This document shows, in pieces, positions 10,564 to 20,683 of a stretch of 64,000 bases of DNA. How positions within the stretch are numbered: the stretch's first letter is position 1; each line of letters starts with the position of its first letter. The position numbers and the translations under genes were made by a program. This DNA is from an uncultured delta proteobacterium. GTDB taxonomy: Bacteria > Desulfobacterota > Desulfobacteria > Desulfobacterales > UBA11574. The DNA lies in the NCBI GenBank assembly GCA_963731025.1, contig CAVSVL010000042.1:9576-73575 (forward strand), given 5' to 3'. Under the pieces are notes generated by a model. That model searched no databases, was not told the DNA's origin, and saw only the letters and a program-made list of their open reading frames with translations.

Positions 10564-11565
10564 TTATAGATCTTTTATGTCGATTCCAATTTTTTGGCGT
10601 ACTTTGCTCAATAAGGGTTTTGCAATATTTCTGGCTGTTGCTGCCCCTTGTTTTAGAATTCGGTCTATGCCCGGTTTGTCTCTCAACAAAACATCATAGG
10701 CCCGACGGCCTTCCTTAAATTTTTCAAGCAGCAATTCAATAAGTTCTTTTTTGATGTCACTGTACCTCGCTCCTCCTTTAAGATAGACCATTCGTGTCTT
10801 CTCAACCGCTTCAGACGGAGCAAAATACCGGTACAATGAAAAGACATTGCACGCTTCCGGATTCTTAGGAGCTTCTGGTGGTTTCGAGTCTGTGATGACA
10901 CCCATGACCTGCCTGCGGATTACCTGGTCATCTGCGAAGATAGGTATGGTGTTTCGGTAAGTCTTACTCATTTTGCGCCCATCCACGCCAGGTACGCTCA
11001 TGACATCTTTTCGAATCAAAGCTTCCGGTATCGTGAAAACTTTTCCATACTGAGAATTGAAGCTCGATGCCACGTCTCGAACGATTTCGACGTGCTGTTT
11101 CTGATCCTGGCCCACCGGTACCACATGGGTCCCAAACAGCAGGATATCGGCAGCCATCAATACCGGATAATTATACAGCCCGGCGTTGATATTATCATCC
11201 TCACTTCTTCCCTGTCGGATATTCTCATCTGCGGCAGCTTTATATGCGTGGGCACGGTTCAGAAGTCCTTTGGCGGTGAGGCAGGATAGAATCCAGGTCA
11301 ACTCGAAAACTTCCGGAACATCCGACTGTCGAAAAAACACAACTTTCTCTGGATCGAGTCCCAAAGCCAGCCACATAGCAGCCAGCTCGAATATCTGCCG
11401 ATTCAGCATCTCAGGGTCTCGTTGGGTTGTCAAAGCATGATAATCGGCAATAAAATAAAATGCCCGGTAATGTTGAACCAGCTCGAGTGCCGGTTTAATC
11501 ATTCCTAAATAGTTACCGATATGTGGAGTACCGGTCGGTTTAATTCCTGTCAACGCAATCTTCAC
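10564..11565 (-). CDS. trpS: tryptophan--tRNA ligase
   Basis: 333 aa. Class I synthetase HIGH-type motif (TPHIGNYLG) and KMSKT loop (RKMSKTY). Overall TrpRS length. Confidence 0.95.
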   Translation of the reverse strand: MKIALTGIKPTGTPHIGNYLGMIKPALELVQHYRAFYFIADYHALTTQRDPEMLNRQIFELAAMWLALGLDPEKVVFFRQSDVPEVFELTWILSCLTAKGLLNRAHAYKAAADENIRQGRSEDDNINAGLYNYPVLMAADILLFGTHVVPVGQDQKQHVEIVRDVASSFNSQYGKVFTIPEALIRKDVMSVPGVDGRKMSKTYRNTIPIFADDQVIRRQVMGVITDSKPPEAPKNPEACNVFSLYRYFAPSEAVEKTRMVYLKGGARYSDIKKELIELLLEKFKEGRRAYDVLLRDKPGIDRILKQGAATARNIAKPLLSKVRQKIGIDIKDL

Positions 11566-11656
11566 CGCTCAACTCCGTATTTCATCTTGATTTCTACGTA
11601 AATGTTAATAAATTTGAAGGGGTACCTACACTCAAAAAAACAAAAAATGCAAAATT

Positions 11657-11839
11657 TTATTCATCATCTACAATACATTTTTTGGAATGATGGCCGCTTA
11701 TCTTTGAGGCAACACGGTAACACCAGTGTCGTTCGGTCGGATTTTTAAAATATCGGTCGCAGATGGAAAGATTTTCCACCAGCCGATCATATTCATGTGA
11801 AAAGCAGTGCTTTGCTTTTTTTAAGGATTCACTTTCCAT
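11657..11839 (-). CDS. hypothetical small Cys/His-containing protein (60 aa)
   Basis: Internal ATG at 11839 with AGGAGGTGG upstream. MESESLKKAKHCFSHEYDRLVENLSICDRYFKNPTERHWCYRVASKISGHHSKKCIVDDE. Four Cys spaced about 15 residues apart. Confidence 0.4.
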   Translation of the reverse strand: MESESLKKAKHCFSHEYDRLVENLSICDRYFKNPTERHWCYRVASKISGHHSKKCIVDDE

Positions 11840-11952
11840 AATTCCACCTCCTATTGGGCAAATGGGAAATACAAACCATCCGGTACAGGAACTGATACTT
11901 GGTTTAAAGTTATTCATCTTCGGCGGCTCTTGTCACCTGCATAAATACTTTC

Positions 11953-12108
11953 TTAACAACAGTCTGTAACTGGACGATAACAAGGATCTACATATCTTCC
12001 GTCTGAATCTATAATATAGCAACAACACAGGTTGGGGTCTCCTTGAGAATCTCTTTTTTGTATTATGCAGGTATCTGTCTTTTCCTTTTCTTCTATCTTT
12101 TTACGCAT
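11953..12108 (-). CDS. hypothetical small Cys-rich peptide (51 aa), below the ORF-track cutoff
   Basis: Hand translation: MRKKIEEKEKTDTCIIQKRDSQGDPNLCCCYIIDSDGRYVDPCYRPVTDCC. AAAGGTGA upstream. Charged N-terminal third, seven Cys including CCC and a terminal CC. Confidence 0.35.
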   Translation of the reverse strand: MRKKIEEKEKTDTCIIQKRDSQGDPNLCCCYIIDSDGRYVDPCYRPVTDCC

Positions 12109-12437
12109 GGGGTCACCTTTTGGAATAAAAATTATAATCTAATGCTTTAACCTTCACGTTGCTCCATAGTGCAACTTATCTATATAAAATTGTGAACATT
12201 ACCACAATTTGTCAAGAGTCCTGAATTTAATTTGCTCTGACGAGCAAAGCCATATTGAATTCTAATTATTAATGTCCAACTTAATGAATTATTCAACAAT
12301 TTTTATACGATAACATTACGCGATAATATTTTTAAAGGAATAAAATGTCTCGTACAATATTACAGGAGGTGAGGAAAAATGGCGGATAGGATCCTTTCCG
12401 AACCTGTTTGAATCCCTATTAACATAGGATTAATTAT

Positions 12438-12773
12438 CTACGTTGGTGTATTTGGCAAAGCCTTTAAACCCTCAATATTACATTCACCGTCAAAGCAAAT
12501 CGCGATACCCTGAGGGGTAGAACGCACAATATTTCCTTTGCAGCCTTTCAAACTCTCTATGTCATAAAATTCTTTAAGGTTATCAGTTGGAAGGGTGAAA
12601 TCCAATTTAAATGTTGTTCCTTCTGGAAAAGACGTAATTGTAAGAATGAATGCCCCGGTATAAGATATGTCTTTAGTTGCAAGATCTAAAACCCTTCTAT
12701 TGTCTGAATTTATGGTTTTAAGTCTTACAGGAAGTGCAATGTTAATCCTTTGATGCTTCCGCCTTTCTATCAT
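12438..12773 (-). CDS. PilZ domain protein (c-di-GMP receptor family)
   Basis: 111 aa. N-terminal RRKHQR (RxxxR) and DISYTGAF (D/NxSxxG) c-di-GMP-binding motifs at the canonical spacing. Confidence 0.8.
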   Translation of the reverse strand: MIERRKHQRINIALPVRLKTINSDNRRVLDLATKDISYTGAFILTITSFPEGTTFKLDFTLPTDNLKEFYDIESLKGCKGNIVRSTPQGIAICFDGECNIEGLKALPNTPT

Positions 12774-13090
12774 TGATAAAACCCTTTCATGTTAATTAGT
12801 ATCTCCTTCAAGATTAAGATGCTGCATAAAAATCTTAAGTAAAAAAACTAAATCAGAACATGGGAATGTCAACCAGAAAGGAATTCCCGAGAGATAGATA
12901 TGGGGAACTGGGAGGTGTGAACTCAGCTAATGGTCTTTTTATCTTTTTATATATCTCAGATACAAATAGTCATCAACTATCATAGCCGGCTTGTGAGGGG
13001 AATGCTTCAGTCGAATTCTTACGGATGGCCTGTCCCATGGTTTGTTTAAGATCCCAGTGGATCAAATTTTGCCAAGAACCTATTTTAGCT

Positions 13091-13588
13091 TTATAATTCT
13101 GTCGGCACCGGCATATCATGAACCCCGCATTCGGGACATTGCAGGTTGATAAAATCCAAAGACTCCATAGCGTTTTTGATCAATTTTCCCGGATCGTCTC
13201 TTTGAGAGGCAAGGTTTGTACTCCAGATGGTTCCGAAACGGTCGACCACCATCAGCCATAACTGATCCCTATCTTCGTTTCCAATGATCTTTGAATATAC
13301 CGACCGATCCACATCGAAGAGAAAAGGAAATGGGGATCGTAACTTGCGACACATCGCTTCGGTTTTTTCCTTTTCTCCTCCAACGACCACCAAAATCTCC
13401 GCTTCGAGCTTTTGACACTTGTGGTATGTTTCATTGAGTTTTTCGACAAATTTTCGGCCATAATCGCTATCGGCATCGGGCAGCATAAGCAGCAGCAGAT
13501 TTCGCTTTTGCCAGAAAGTCTGGGAGCTCATGGTTTTATCGCAGGTAGAAGGAAGTTCAAAGAACGGTAAATTGTTTATTTTATTCAT
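13091..13588 (-). CDS. hypothetical protein with a peroxiredoxin/thioredoxin-like fold signature but no peroxidatic Cys
   Basis: 165 aa, GGAGAAG upstream. The layout (LLLLMLPDADSDY ... ILVVVGGEKEK ... FPFLFDVDRSVY ... MVVDRFGTIW) parallels AhpC/TSA proteins, but the P-x-DFT-x-VC motif is replaced. C-terminal CPEC. Confidence 0.5.
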   Translation of the reverse strand: MNKINNLPFFELPSTCDKTMSSQTFWQKRNLLLLMLPDADSDYGRKFVEKLNETYHKCQKLEAEILVVVGGEKEKTEAMCRKLRSPFPFLFDVDRSVYSKIIGNEDRDQLWLMVVDRFGTIWSTNLASQRDDPGKLIKNAMESLDFINLQCPECGVHDMPVPTEL

Positions 13589-13644
13589 ATAATCTTCTCC
13601 ATTCTATCATCAGTTTCGGAAATTGCTGAATACGGATAAATGAT

Positions 13645-14358
13645 TTATATCACTGAGGGCATATTGCAGTTTTTTGTGTGCTTTCTGTAGTCATAAGACG
13701 ATACAAGACTATTTTTGGCCCCGGCCTTTTTGTCGATATTTTTCAATTTTCTTAATAAACACCTAATGTTTTTTTGCTTCCTTTTTTCTCTCAGTATTTT
13801 TTGTGATTCAGTATAATATTGGTGTGTTGTTATAAGTTCGAGGGTATCTTTGTACCATTTTGCTTCATCACTGACATCTATTCCTTGTGCACGCAATTCT
13901 TCTCTTAATTTTCCGTCCAACTTGAAAAAATCTTTTCTGCCGAAGTGGTCGAGATCAGCATCACAGAGGATCTTTTCAAGATGGGTTTTTGGTTCACGCT
14001 CAAGATCTGTTGATAATATCATCTTTTGAACCTTAACAATTTCGTTAGGTTTATAACCGAACAATTTAAGTATTCTGCCTGCCATTTCTGCCCCAATTGG
14101 TTCATTTTTATTATATTTTCTAATGTAACCAGAATCATGAAAATAGGCCGCGGTTATTAATAATTCTCTATCATGTTCGGAGATATTCTCAGATATTGCA
14201 ATTCTGTTGGCAGAAGCAACGACTCCTTTGGTTGGATGAAGTGTATGATCAGCAATATGAAATTTAAGCCCTGTTGGCAGCTCATCTTTTAATAACCTTC
14301 TTATATAACGGTCTACAATTTTCAGTCGAGAAGTATGAGGTTTGTATTTTAGTTTCAT
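13645..14358 (-). CDS. HD-domain phosphohydrolase (paralog 1)
   Basis: 237 aa. HD signature in ITAAYFHDSGY and a downstream DADLDHFG metal motif. Close paralog of 56315..56962. Confidence 0.85.
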   Translation of the reverse strand: MKLKYKPHTSRLKIVDRYIRRLLKDELPTGLKFHIADHTLHPTKGVVASANRIAISENISEHDRELLITAAYFHDSGYIRKYNKNEPIGAEMAGRILKLFGYKPNEIVKVQKMILSTDLEREPKTHLEKILCDADLDHFGRKDFFKLDGKLREELRAQGIDVSDEAKWYKDTLELITTHQYYTESQKILREKRKQKNIRCLLRKLKNIDKKAGAKNSLVSSYDYRKHTKNCNMPSVI

Positions 14359-14544
14359 AATTAGCTAAATTTTCATATGTTATTATTGGTTCTAAACAAT
14401 TAAAAAACCTTTGGACATATCAAATTACAAATAAAAAGAACTTTTGTTTTTTGTCTCATTTCACCCTCATGTTTTAATCAACTTACGTCATGGTAGTCAG
14501 AAGATCTAATAGAAGTAAGATTAGAATTTATTAACTGCAAACGC

Positions 14545-14718
14545 TCAATCGGAATTGTAATCCGGATTGCCTGTTAGACAAAATTTCACAAATTTTTTCT
14601 CGGCCTCTTTATAACCATTTTTTTCGTAAAAATCCTTATTTTCAGACCGCCTAAATTCATTACGGCATTTTTGGACCAACAATCGAATTCCTTGGTTTGT
14701 TTTTAATGAATTATCCAT
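14545..14718 (-). CDS. hypothetical small protein (57 aa), below the ORF-track cutoff
   Basis: Hand translation: MDNSLKTNQGIRLLVQKCRNEFRRSENKDFYEKNGYKEAEKKFVKFCLTGNPDYNSD. GAGAGGG upstream of the ATG at 14718. Confidence 0.3.
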   Translation of the reverse strand: MDNSLKTNQGIRLLVQKCRNEFRRSENKDFYEKNGYKEAEKKFVKFCLTGNPDYNSD

Positions 14719-14940
14719 TCAAACCCTCTCTATGGTTTTGTTGTTGAGACAAATTTAGAAGGTTTCATTTGAAAAAATAGGCTTAATCCAGACATCTGGT
14801 ATGTGATTTGATTTCATGTCAAGAATAGATAGATTCTTAAACGTGTCGGGGGTGAGCAATTAAATTGGGAAACCTATTCTAAATTTGAAAAGAAAGTATC
14901 GCAGTCTGGATTTATAGGTTTTAAATCGCACTTTGAAGGA

Positions 14941-14972
14941 AAAAAGGGGGGCCCATAAGTCTGATATCCCCC
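14941..14972 (-). terminator. intrinsic terminator downstream of the 47-aa Cys-rich ORF
   Basis: On the minus strand GGGGG (14972..14968) pairs with C5 within the 14951..14946 run (16-nt loop), followed by TTTTT (14945..14941), 27 nt after the stop codon at 14999. Confidence 0.55.
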
Positions 14973-14998
14973 TTTTAACGACCCCTCTATCGTCAGGA

Positions 14999-15142
14999 TT
15001 ATACCGAGCATTGCTCAAAGCAATCTTCAAGTTTAGTTGAGCAGTCCCACGTTCCGTCTTCATCCATCCAGCAATTCTTCACTTTAAACTTGCATCTTCC
15101 CATACAGGTTCTATTTATTTTTATATTTTGATTTTCTGACAT
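14999..15142 (-). CDS. hypothetical small Cys-rich protein (47 aa) with a mirror-symmetric Cys spacing
   Basis: Internal ATG 15142 with AAGGAGTG upstream. MSENQNIKINRTCMGRCKFKVKNCWMDEDGTWDCSTKLEDCFEQCSV. Cys pattern C-x3-C-x6-C-x9-C-x6-C-x3-C. Has its own terminator. Confidence 0.45.
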   Translation of the reverse strand: MSENQNIKINRTCMGRCKFKVKNCWMDEDGTWDCSTKLEDCFEQCSV

Positions 15143-15522
15143 AAAAATCACTCCTTTTCCGATGCCATAAAATTGAAATGTTTGGTCATTTATCGTACAC
15201 AAGGTATAAGATTTGAAAAATATCAACGAATTGTACCAGTAATACATTATTATACAAGTTAAGTACGAATTGTCTCATTTCAACACCGGAAAACAAAGTA
15301 GGCTGGAATTAAATTAAAACAATTCAGTTATTTGTTGAATATGATGTCTACTAAAAGACTTTGAAGGTAAATTATTTAAAAAAAGTGTGCATCAGCATCA
15401 ATTTAGCCCGAGAATAATTGAGAGCTGGGCCCATCCCTTGCTTTTATCCTACTAAATCTTATCTTTATATTGGCATTCATGAAAGAGAATGCATCTATAA
15501 AAACATAAAAGAAGGTGTTAAA

Positions 15523-15720
15523 ATGGCAAGACGAGTTATTATAGATAAAGATGAATGTATTGGCTGTGAGAGTTGCGTTGAACTTTGCTCAGAGGTCTTT
15601 GCATTTAACGAAGATGAAGAAAAAGCTGAAGTCATTCTTCCCGAAGGCGGACCTGAAGATTGCATTGAAGAAGCTATTGAATCTTGTCCCGTAGAATGCA
15701 TCCATTGGGAAGAAGATTAG
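15523..15720 (+). CDS. small ferredoxin (single-cluster Fer4_13-like)
   Basis: 65 aa from the internal ATG 15523. Motifs DECIGCESCVELC ... CPVECIHWE. Paralog of 24829..25023. Confidence 0.85.
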   Translation: MARRVIIDKDECIGCESCVELCSEVFAFNEDEEKAEVILPEGGPEDCIEEAIESCPVECIHWEED

Positions 15721-15733
15721 AAATATTATTATG

Positions 15734-15823
15734 TTATGTCTGAATTGGATATCCAGCATTTTTCCAGGCTTCAACACCGCCTTTGAGTACCTTTACGTTT
15801 AAGAAACCTTTCTTCATATGACT
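15734..15823 (-). pseudogene. C-terminal remnant of a rhodanese-domain gene
   Basis: Hand translation: SHMKKGFLNVKVLKGGVEAWKNAGYPIQT-stop. It matches the conserved rhodanese C-terminus (GF.NV..L.GG..AW...G.P). There is no upstream active-site loop and an in-frame stop lies 9 codons upstream. Confidence 0.4.
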
Positions 15824-15911
15824 TAAAAGAAGGTACAAAAAGTAGCGTCAGGTCAGCTTTCCACAAGGCACAAACTTTAGATTATGATGATCGAGAATTT
15901 TTTCTTAATGA

Positions 15912-17531
15912 ATGAATAAAGTCGCTCAATTGGTAAAATGGATTATCGACATGTTGCGTGTTTTCAAATTCAATCTTTCTGACCCTGATCATTTTGTGGT
16001 TACGTTGGAACTGGTGCCCGGACGGGAAGCCTCCGGTCGCACGGTAGATTCCGTCTTGGGTATTGCCCGCGACGCTTTTAGCGATGGCCGCATAACAGCC
16101 GTTTCTATCACAGACAATCCAGGTGGTAATCCCTCGCTTAGTCCTGATGTTTTGGGCCACGATATTTTTAAAATCGGAATGGATGTCATTGTACATTTTA
16201 CCTGCCGGGATATGAATCGCGTGGGCATGGAAAGTCGAGCACTTCAACTTGCTAAGATGGGGATGAAAAATATTTTGGCTTTGAACGGAGACTATTCCGG
16301 CAAGGGGTTCGGTGGACAAGGGGCACCTGTTTTCGACATCGATTCGGTGCAACTGCAAATTATGATAGGTATGCTCAGCGAGCGCATTATAGCATCTGGT
16401 GATCCAGAGGGTTTCTTTGCAGGCTGTGCGGTCTCGCCGTTTAAGCGCACCGAAGGCGAAAGCTTTGCCCAATACGCCAAACTGTGTCGCAAAGCCGCGG
16501 CTGGCGCTCAATTCATCATCACCCAATTGGGGTATGATGCCCGCAAGTTTAAAGAATTGATTCAAATCCAAAAATTTATGGGTATCGAGTTACCAAGTTT
16601 GGGATCAGTCTATGTGCTGACTCCCAAAACTGCCGGCATTATCAATGCCGGCAAGGTACCGGGTGCAGTGGTTACCGATGCACTTTTAAGACGTGTTCAA
16701 GACGAGTGGAAAGATTCGATTTCAGGCCGTCAGACAGTCATTGAACGCGCCGCGAGACTGGCAGCCGTTCTCAAGGGACTCGGATATGCCGGGATCCACA
16801 TTGGTGGGATCCATCGGAGCTTCGATTTGGTAGGCCTCATTCTCGATCGCCTGGCAGTTATTCAGGACCAGTGGAAGGAGTTCCTGTCCGACTTTGACTT
16901 CCCTCAACCCGGTGGATTCTATGCCTTTCCTTCTCAGTCTGAGGAGGAATCTGGGGCACCCGGCTTCGGTCTTGATCCGCCCCGCCCCGGCCCGATTGAG
17001 CGTTTGCGATACTTTCTGTTAAGGCGCATACACGACACTATTTTTGAACCTCGCCATTCCTTAGGGCATACATGTCGCAAGTTATGTCAAATGATTGACG
17101 ACAAGCCTGGAAGCCAGTTGTTGATGTATCTGGTCGAAGATATGCCCAAGCGCCTGACCCTTGACTGCCTTAAGTGCGGCGACTGTGGTATTCAACATGT
17201 GGGTTTTTTGTGCCCTGAATCCCAATGCCCAAAACATATCCGCAATGGCGCCTGCGGCGGAAGCAGCAACGGCCGTTGCGAGGTATTCCCGGAACGTCCC
17301 TGTGTCTGGGTTCGTGCCTATCAGCGTTTGGTCAATGCAGGACAGACCCGACAGATAATTGACGGATGTGTCCCACCGCGGCTTTGGGAATTAAACCAAA
17401 CCTCGGCGTGGCTAAATTTTCATCTCCACCGCGATCATCAAGGGGTCTCCAACGAGATAGCCCGGAGATGCAACATCATCAACTGTCGGTTTAACCAACT
17501 GGCAGACGGTTCGCCAAAAAGCAAAGGATAA
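15912..17531 (+). CDS. metF: methylenetetrahydrofolate reductase fused to a C-terminal Cys-rich MTHFR_C domain
   Basis: 539 aa. MTHFR core (FVVTLELVPGRE.., ITDNPGGNP, VHFTCRDMNR) followed by CLKCGDCG..CPESQCPKHIRNGACGG..GRCEV, typical of the MTHFR C-terminal domain seen in anaerobes. Confidence 0.9.
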   Translation: MNKVAQLVKWIIDMLRVFKFNLSDPDHFVVTLELVPGREASGRTVDSVLGIARDAFSDGRITAVSITDNPGGNPSLSPDVLGHDIFKIGMDVIVHFTCRDMNRVGMESRALQLAKMGMKNILALNGDYSGKGFGGQGAPVFDIDSVQLQIMIGMLSERIIASGDPEGFFAGCAVSPFKRTEGESFAQYAKLCRKAAAGAQFIITQLGYDARKFKELIQIQKFMGIELPSLGSVYVLTPKTAGIINAGKVPGAVVTDALLRRVQDEWKDSISGRQTVIERAARLAAVLKGLGYAGIHIGGIHRSFDLVGLILDRLAVIQDQWKEFLSDFDFPQPGGFYAFPSQSEEESGAPGFGLDPPRPGPIERLRYFLLRRIHDTIFEPRHSLGHTCRKLCQMIDDKPGSQLLMYLVEDMPKRLTLDCLKCGDCGIQHVGFLCPESQCPKHIRNGACGGSSNGRCEVFPERPCVWVRAYQRLVNAGQTRQIIDGCVPPRLWELNQTSAWLNFHLHRDHQGVSNEIARRCNIINCRFNQLADGSPKSKG

Positions 17532-17876
17532 AATATCAACATTTGAAAATTAGTGGTAAATAGGGACGTCTAAGATTTTATGTTCTTCATTGCTAAATGG
17601 AATCGAACGCTAAAAGAAGGCAACGGCATAATCCAAGATATAAACTTTCGGATAGTTCTGGTGATACCTGCAGAGACTATCGAAAAACTCTAAATTTGCG
17701 TTTTTTTAGCCAGCTGTGGTATCAATATTTTGGAATAACCGTATTCAAGCCACAACTGATTCTGGCCCAATTTGCCTGCCTTCTATAGTATGTTGTGTCT
17801 TGTTACGGCTTGTTCTAACTTACGATTCTATGCAGATAATCATTTTTTGACACATATAATTAATTGGAGAGTAACC

Positions 17877-18362
17877 ATGAAAACGAGTTATCCTTTTGCT
17901 TATTTGCTTATTCTTTTATCCATTTGTTTTTTTTCACCTCTTCCTGTAAATGCTGACGAGAAAATCGGGTTGTCTGACGGGCAAATCATTTATGTGCCTG
18001 CTTATTCACATATTTACATTGGAAACAGAGAAACGCCTTTCTTATTGACGGTAACATTAAGCATCAGAAACATTGATCCTAAGCATCAAATCAAAATCAC
18101 ATTAGTCGATTATTACGAGACGCAAGGGAGGCTATTAAAAAAATATGTAGAAAAGCCAGTAATTCTAAACCCATTAGAGTCATTGCGCTATGTCGTACCA
18201 GAAAGAGACAAAGCTGGTGGGTCAGGTGCCAACTTTATTGTTGAATGGAAATCCAACAAATTTATTAATCCACCCATTGTTGAATCAATAATGATTAGCA
18301 CAAAAAGTAATCAAGGCGTTTCTTTTACCTCTCGTGGTCAAGTAATCATTACATCTAAGTAA
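17877..18362 (+). CDS. secreted DUF3124-like protein
   Basis: 161 aa from ATG 17877 (GGAGAG upstream). Signal peptide (LLILLSICFFSPLPVNA). The IYVPAYSHIY motif matches my recollection of DUF3124. Confidence 0.6.
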   Translation: MKTSYPFAYLLILLSICFFSPLPVNADEKIGLSDGQIIYVPAYSHIYIGNRETPFLLTVTLSIRNIDPKHQIKITLVDYYETQGRLLKKYVEKPVILNPLESLRYVVPERDKAGGSGANFIVEWKSNKFINPPIVESIMISTKSNQGVSFTSRGQVIITSK

Positions 18363-18444
18363 TACCACCCATAAAATAACTATTTTCGCGGTGGACTATT
18401 ATAATTCAAACGGGATGATATGTTTTTAAAGGTCACAATATTCC

Positions 18445-20403
18445 ATGGGCATTGCAAGTGACATAGTTATCATTGTGATGGTTGCTTTACTGGGTGGGTT
18501 AATTGCCCAAAAACTAAAGCAGCCTTTAATTTTAGGGTATATTCTTGCGGGTGTAATGGTTGGCCCTTATACCGGCGGCATAACCGTTTCCGAAATTCAT
18601 GATATCGAGATGTTGGCTGAAATCGGAATTGCGTTGCTGCTTTTCGCTCTGGGGCTTGAATTTTCGTTCAGTGATTTAAAGCCTGTTCGCAATATCGCCC
18701 TGGTTGGCACACCCATACAGATATTGCTGACAACGGTTTACGGATTTGGCATAGGTCACTGGCTGGGTTGGCGCTGGATACCCTCAGTTTGGTTTGGCGC
18801 ATTGATCTCTTTATCCAGTACGATGGTTATACTGAAAACATTAGAGAACCAGGGACATATGGGTACCTTGTCAAGTCGCGTAATGATAGGAATGCTCATT
18901 ATTCAAGATTTGGCAATCGTGCCGTTGATGATTATCCTGCCGCAACTCAGTAATCCAAAAGCGGGTTTGCCGCTATTGGGAGTTGCCGCCTTAAAAGCCG
19001 TCTTTTTTCTGGTCCTAATGATTTTCATCGGTACAAAGATCATTCCTTACATAATGAAATATGTGGCCAGATGGAACTCGAGAGAATTATTTCTTCTTAC
19101 AACCACTGCGATGGGACTGGGTGTTGGATACGGCACCTATCTGTTTGGGCTTTCATTCGCCTTTGGTGCTTTTGTTGCCGGCATGCTTATCAGTGAATCA
19201 GATTATGGTTATCAGGCCCTGAGCGACATAATTCCTCTGCGGGACATTTTTAGCATACTCTTTTTTACATCGGTGGGAATGCTTCTTGACCCGAAATTTT
19301 TAATATCCAACGTAGGAACGGTCTTGCTTTTGGTCCTTGTTATAATGGTTGGAAAAGGATTGATTTTTGGAATAATAAGCAAAATCTTCGGTTATGGAAA
19401 TGTCGTGCCTTTCGCAATGGGATTGGGTCTTTCGCAGATCGGCGAATTTTCTTTTGTTCTTGCAAGGGTCGGCATCAGCACAAATTCTATCTCTACGGAA
19501 TTTTATTCCTTAATTCTTACGACAACTATCATAACCATGTTTTTAACACCCCTTGTATCAGGATTTACTGGTCCATTATATAAGCTTCGCAACCGCTGGC
19601 TCAAACCTTTCCAGCTACATACAATTAATCTCCCTCAAAACGGATTGCATAACCATTTAGTGATTGCAGGCGGTGGGAGAGTCGGAAAGTACATAGCCGA
19701 CGTTCTATATCGTATCAGAATGCCCTTTGTTATATTAGAAATCAATTACAGCCGCGTTGAACAAATAAAATCATTGGGATTTCCGGTAATATACGGAGAT
19801 GCCAGTCAGTCGATCATCTTGGAAGCGGCAGAAATCGATAAAGCCAAATTGCTGTTGATCACGACTCCGGTTACTATTGTTTCCCAGGCGATTGTATCCC
19901 AGGTTAAAAAACTTGATCCGGACCTTCAGATAGTTGCAAGAGCCGAAGCTGTAGAGCACATGAAAGCGCTTTACGACCATGGTGTATATAACGTCATCCA
20001 GCCGGAGTTTGAGGCGGGTCTCGAGTTTACGCGGCAGGCGTTGCTCAGCCTTGACATACCTGCTGACCGGATACAGCAATTTACAGATGAAGTGCGGCAA
20101 GAACTCTACAGACCGCTTTATAATTTAAACACGGAATATAAGACGCTTGCGCAATTGCAGAACGCTCGTCACTTATTCGAATTAACGTGGATAACGCTGC
20201 GTCCTGACAGCTCTATCGTCGGCAAGACGATTGAAGCCTCAAGGATACGCAGCAGGACCGGTGTCACCGTAGTCGGGGTTATGCGGAAGGGCACCTTATA
20301 TTCCAACCCCAATCCCGACTTTTCCTTTAATCCGAACGATATTGTAGGTGTCATCGGGCGCACGGAAGAACTCACCGCTTTTCGTGAATTGGATAAATTA
20401 TAA
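18445..20403 (+). CDS. CPA2-family monovalent cation:proton antiporter with TrkA-N and TrkA-C (RCK) domains
   Basis: 652 aa. About 12 hydrophobic helices with a Kef-type N-terminus ([16 protein letters not shown]), then the Rossmann motif VIAGGGRVG and a C-terminal RCK_C-like segment. Confidence 0.9.
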   Translation: MGIASDIVIIVMVALLGGLIAQKLKQPLILGYILAGVMVGPYTGGITVSEIHDIEMLAEIGIALLLFALGLEFSFSDLKPVRNIALVGTPIQILLTTVYGFGIGHWLGWRWIPSVWFGALISLSSTMVILKTLENQGHMGTLSSRVMIGMLIIQDLAIVPLMIILPQLSNPKAGLPLLGVAALKAVFFLVLMIFIGTKIIPYIMKYVARWNSRELFLLTTTAMGLGVGYGTYLFGLSFAFGAFVAGMLISESDYGYQALSDIIPLRDIFSILFFTSVGMLLDPKFLISNVGTVLLLVLVIMVGKGLIFGIISKIFGYGNVVPFAMGLGLSQIGEFSFVLARVGISTNSISTEFYSLILTTTIITMFLTPLVSGFTGPLYKLRNRWLKPFQLHTINLPQNGLHNHLVIAGGGRVGKYIADVLYRIRMPFVILEINYSRVEQIKSLGFPVIYGDASQSIILEAAEIDKAKLLLITTPVTIVSQAIVSQVKKLDPDLQIVARAEAVEHMKALYDHGVYNVIQPEFEAGLEFTRQALLSLDIPADRIQQFTDEVRQELYRPLYNLNTEYKTLAQLQNARHLFELTWITLRPDSSIVGKTIEASRIRSRTGVTVVGVMRKGTLYSNPNPDFSFNPNDIVGVIGRTEELTAFRELDKL

Positions 20404-20655
20404 GGTTGCGACTACACTTCCAAACCAATAAATTTTTTTGTCCAAAAGATTCCATAATACAGTACGATTGTTAAATGAATATAAGAATGGAGTATTAAAT
20501 CAGCTTGGAATTATAAGATATTTTGACTTTTTGCAAGATATATAGTATTCTCACAGATAATATCTTTCACATCTTTGCCTACGATTAAAACTTCATCACC
20601 GACCCTTTTTTTATCAAAATATTAAACCAGCCATTATAGAAACATAAAATAAAAT

Positions 20656-20683
20656 TTGACAGGTATTCATTTGTTGTTACAAT
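20656..20683 (+). promoter_or_regulatory. sigma70-like promoter of the TetR-headed cluster
   Basis: TTGACA (20656..20661), 16-nt spacer, TACAAT (20678..20683). The -10 box abuts the 18-bp palindrome. Confidence 0.55.

Noticed and set aside
11566-11656. T-box or other leader upstream of trpS.
   Set aside because: Only about 90 nt are available, and there is no specifier or T-box sequence and no terminator/antiterminator pair.
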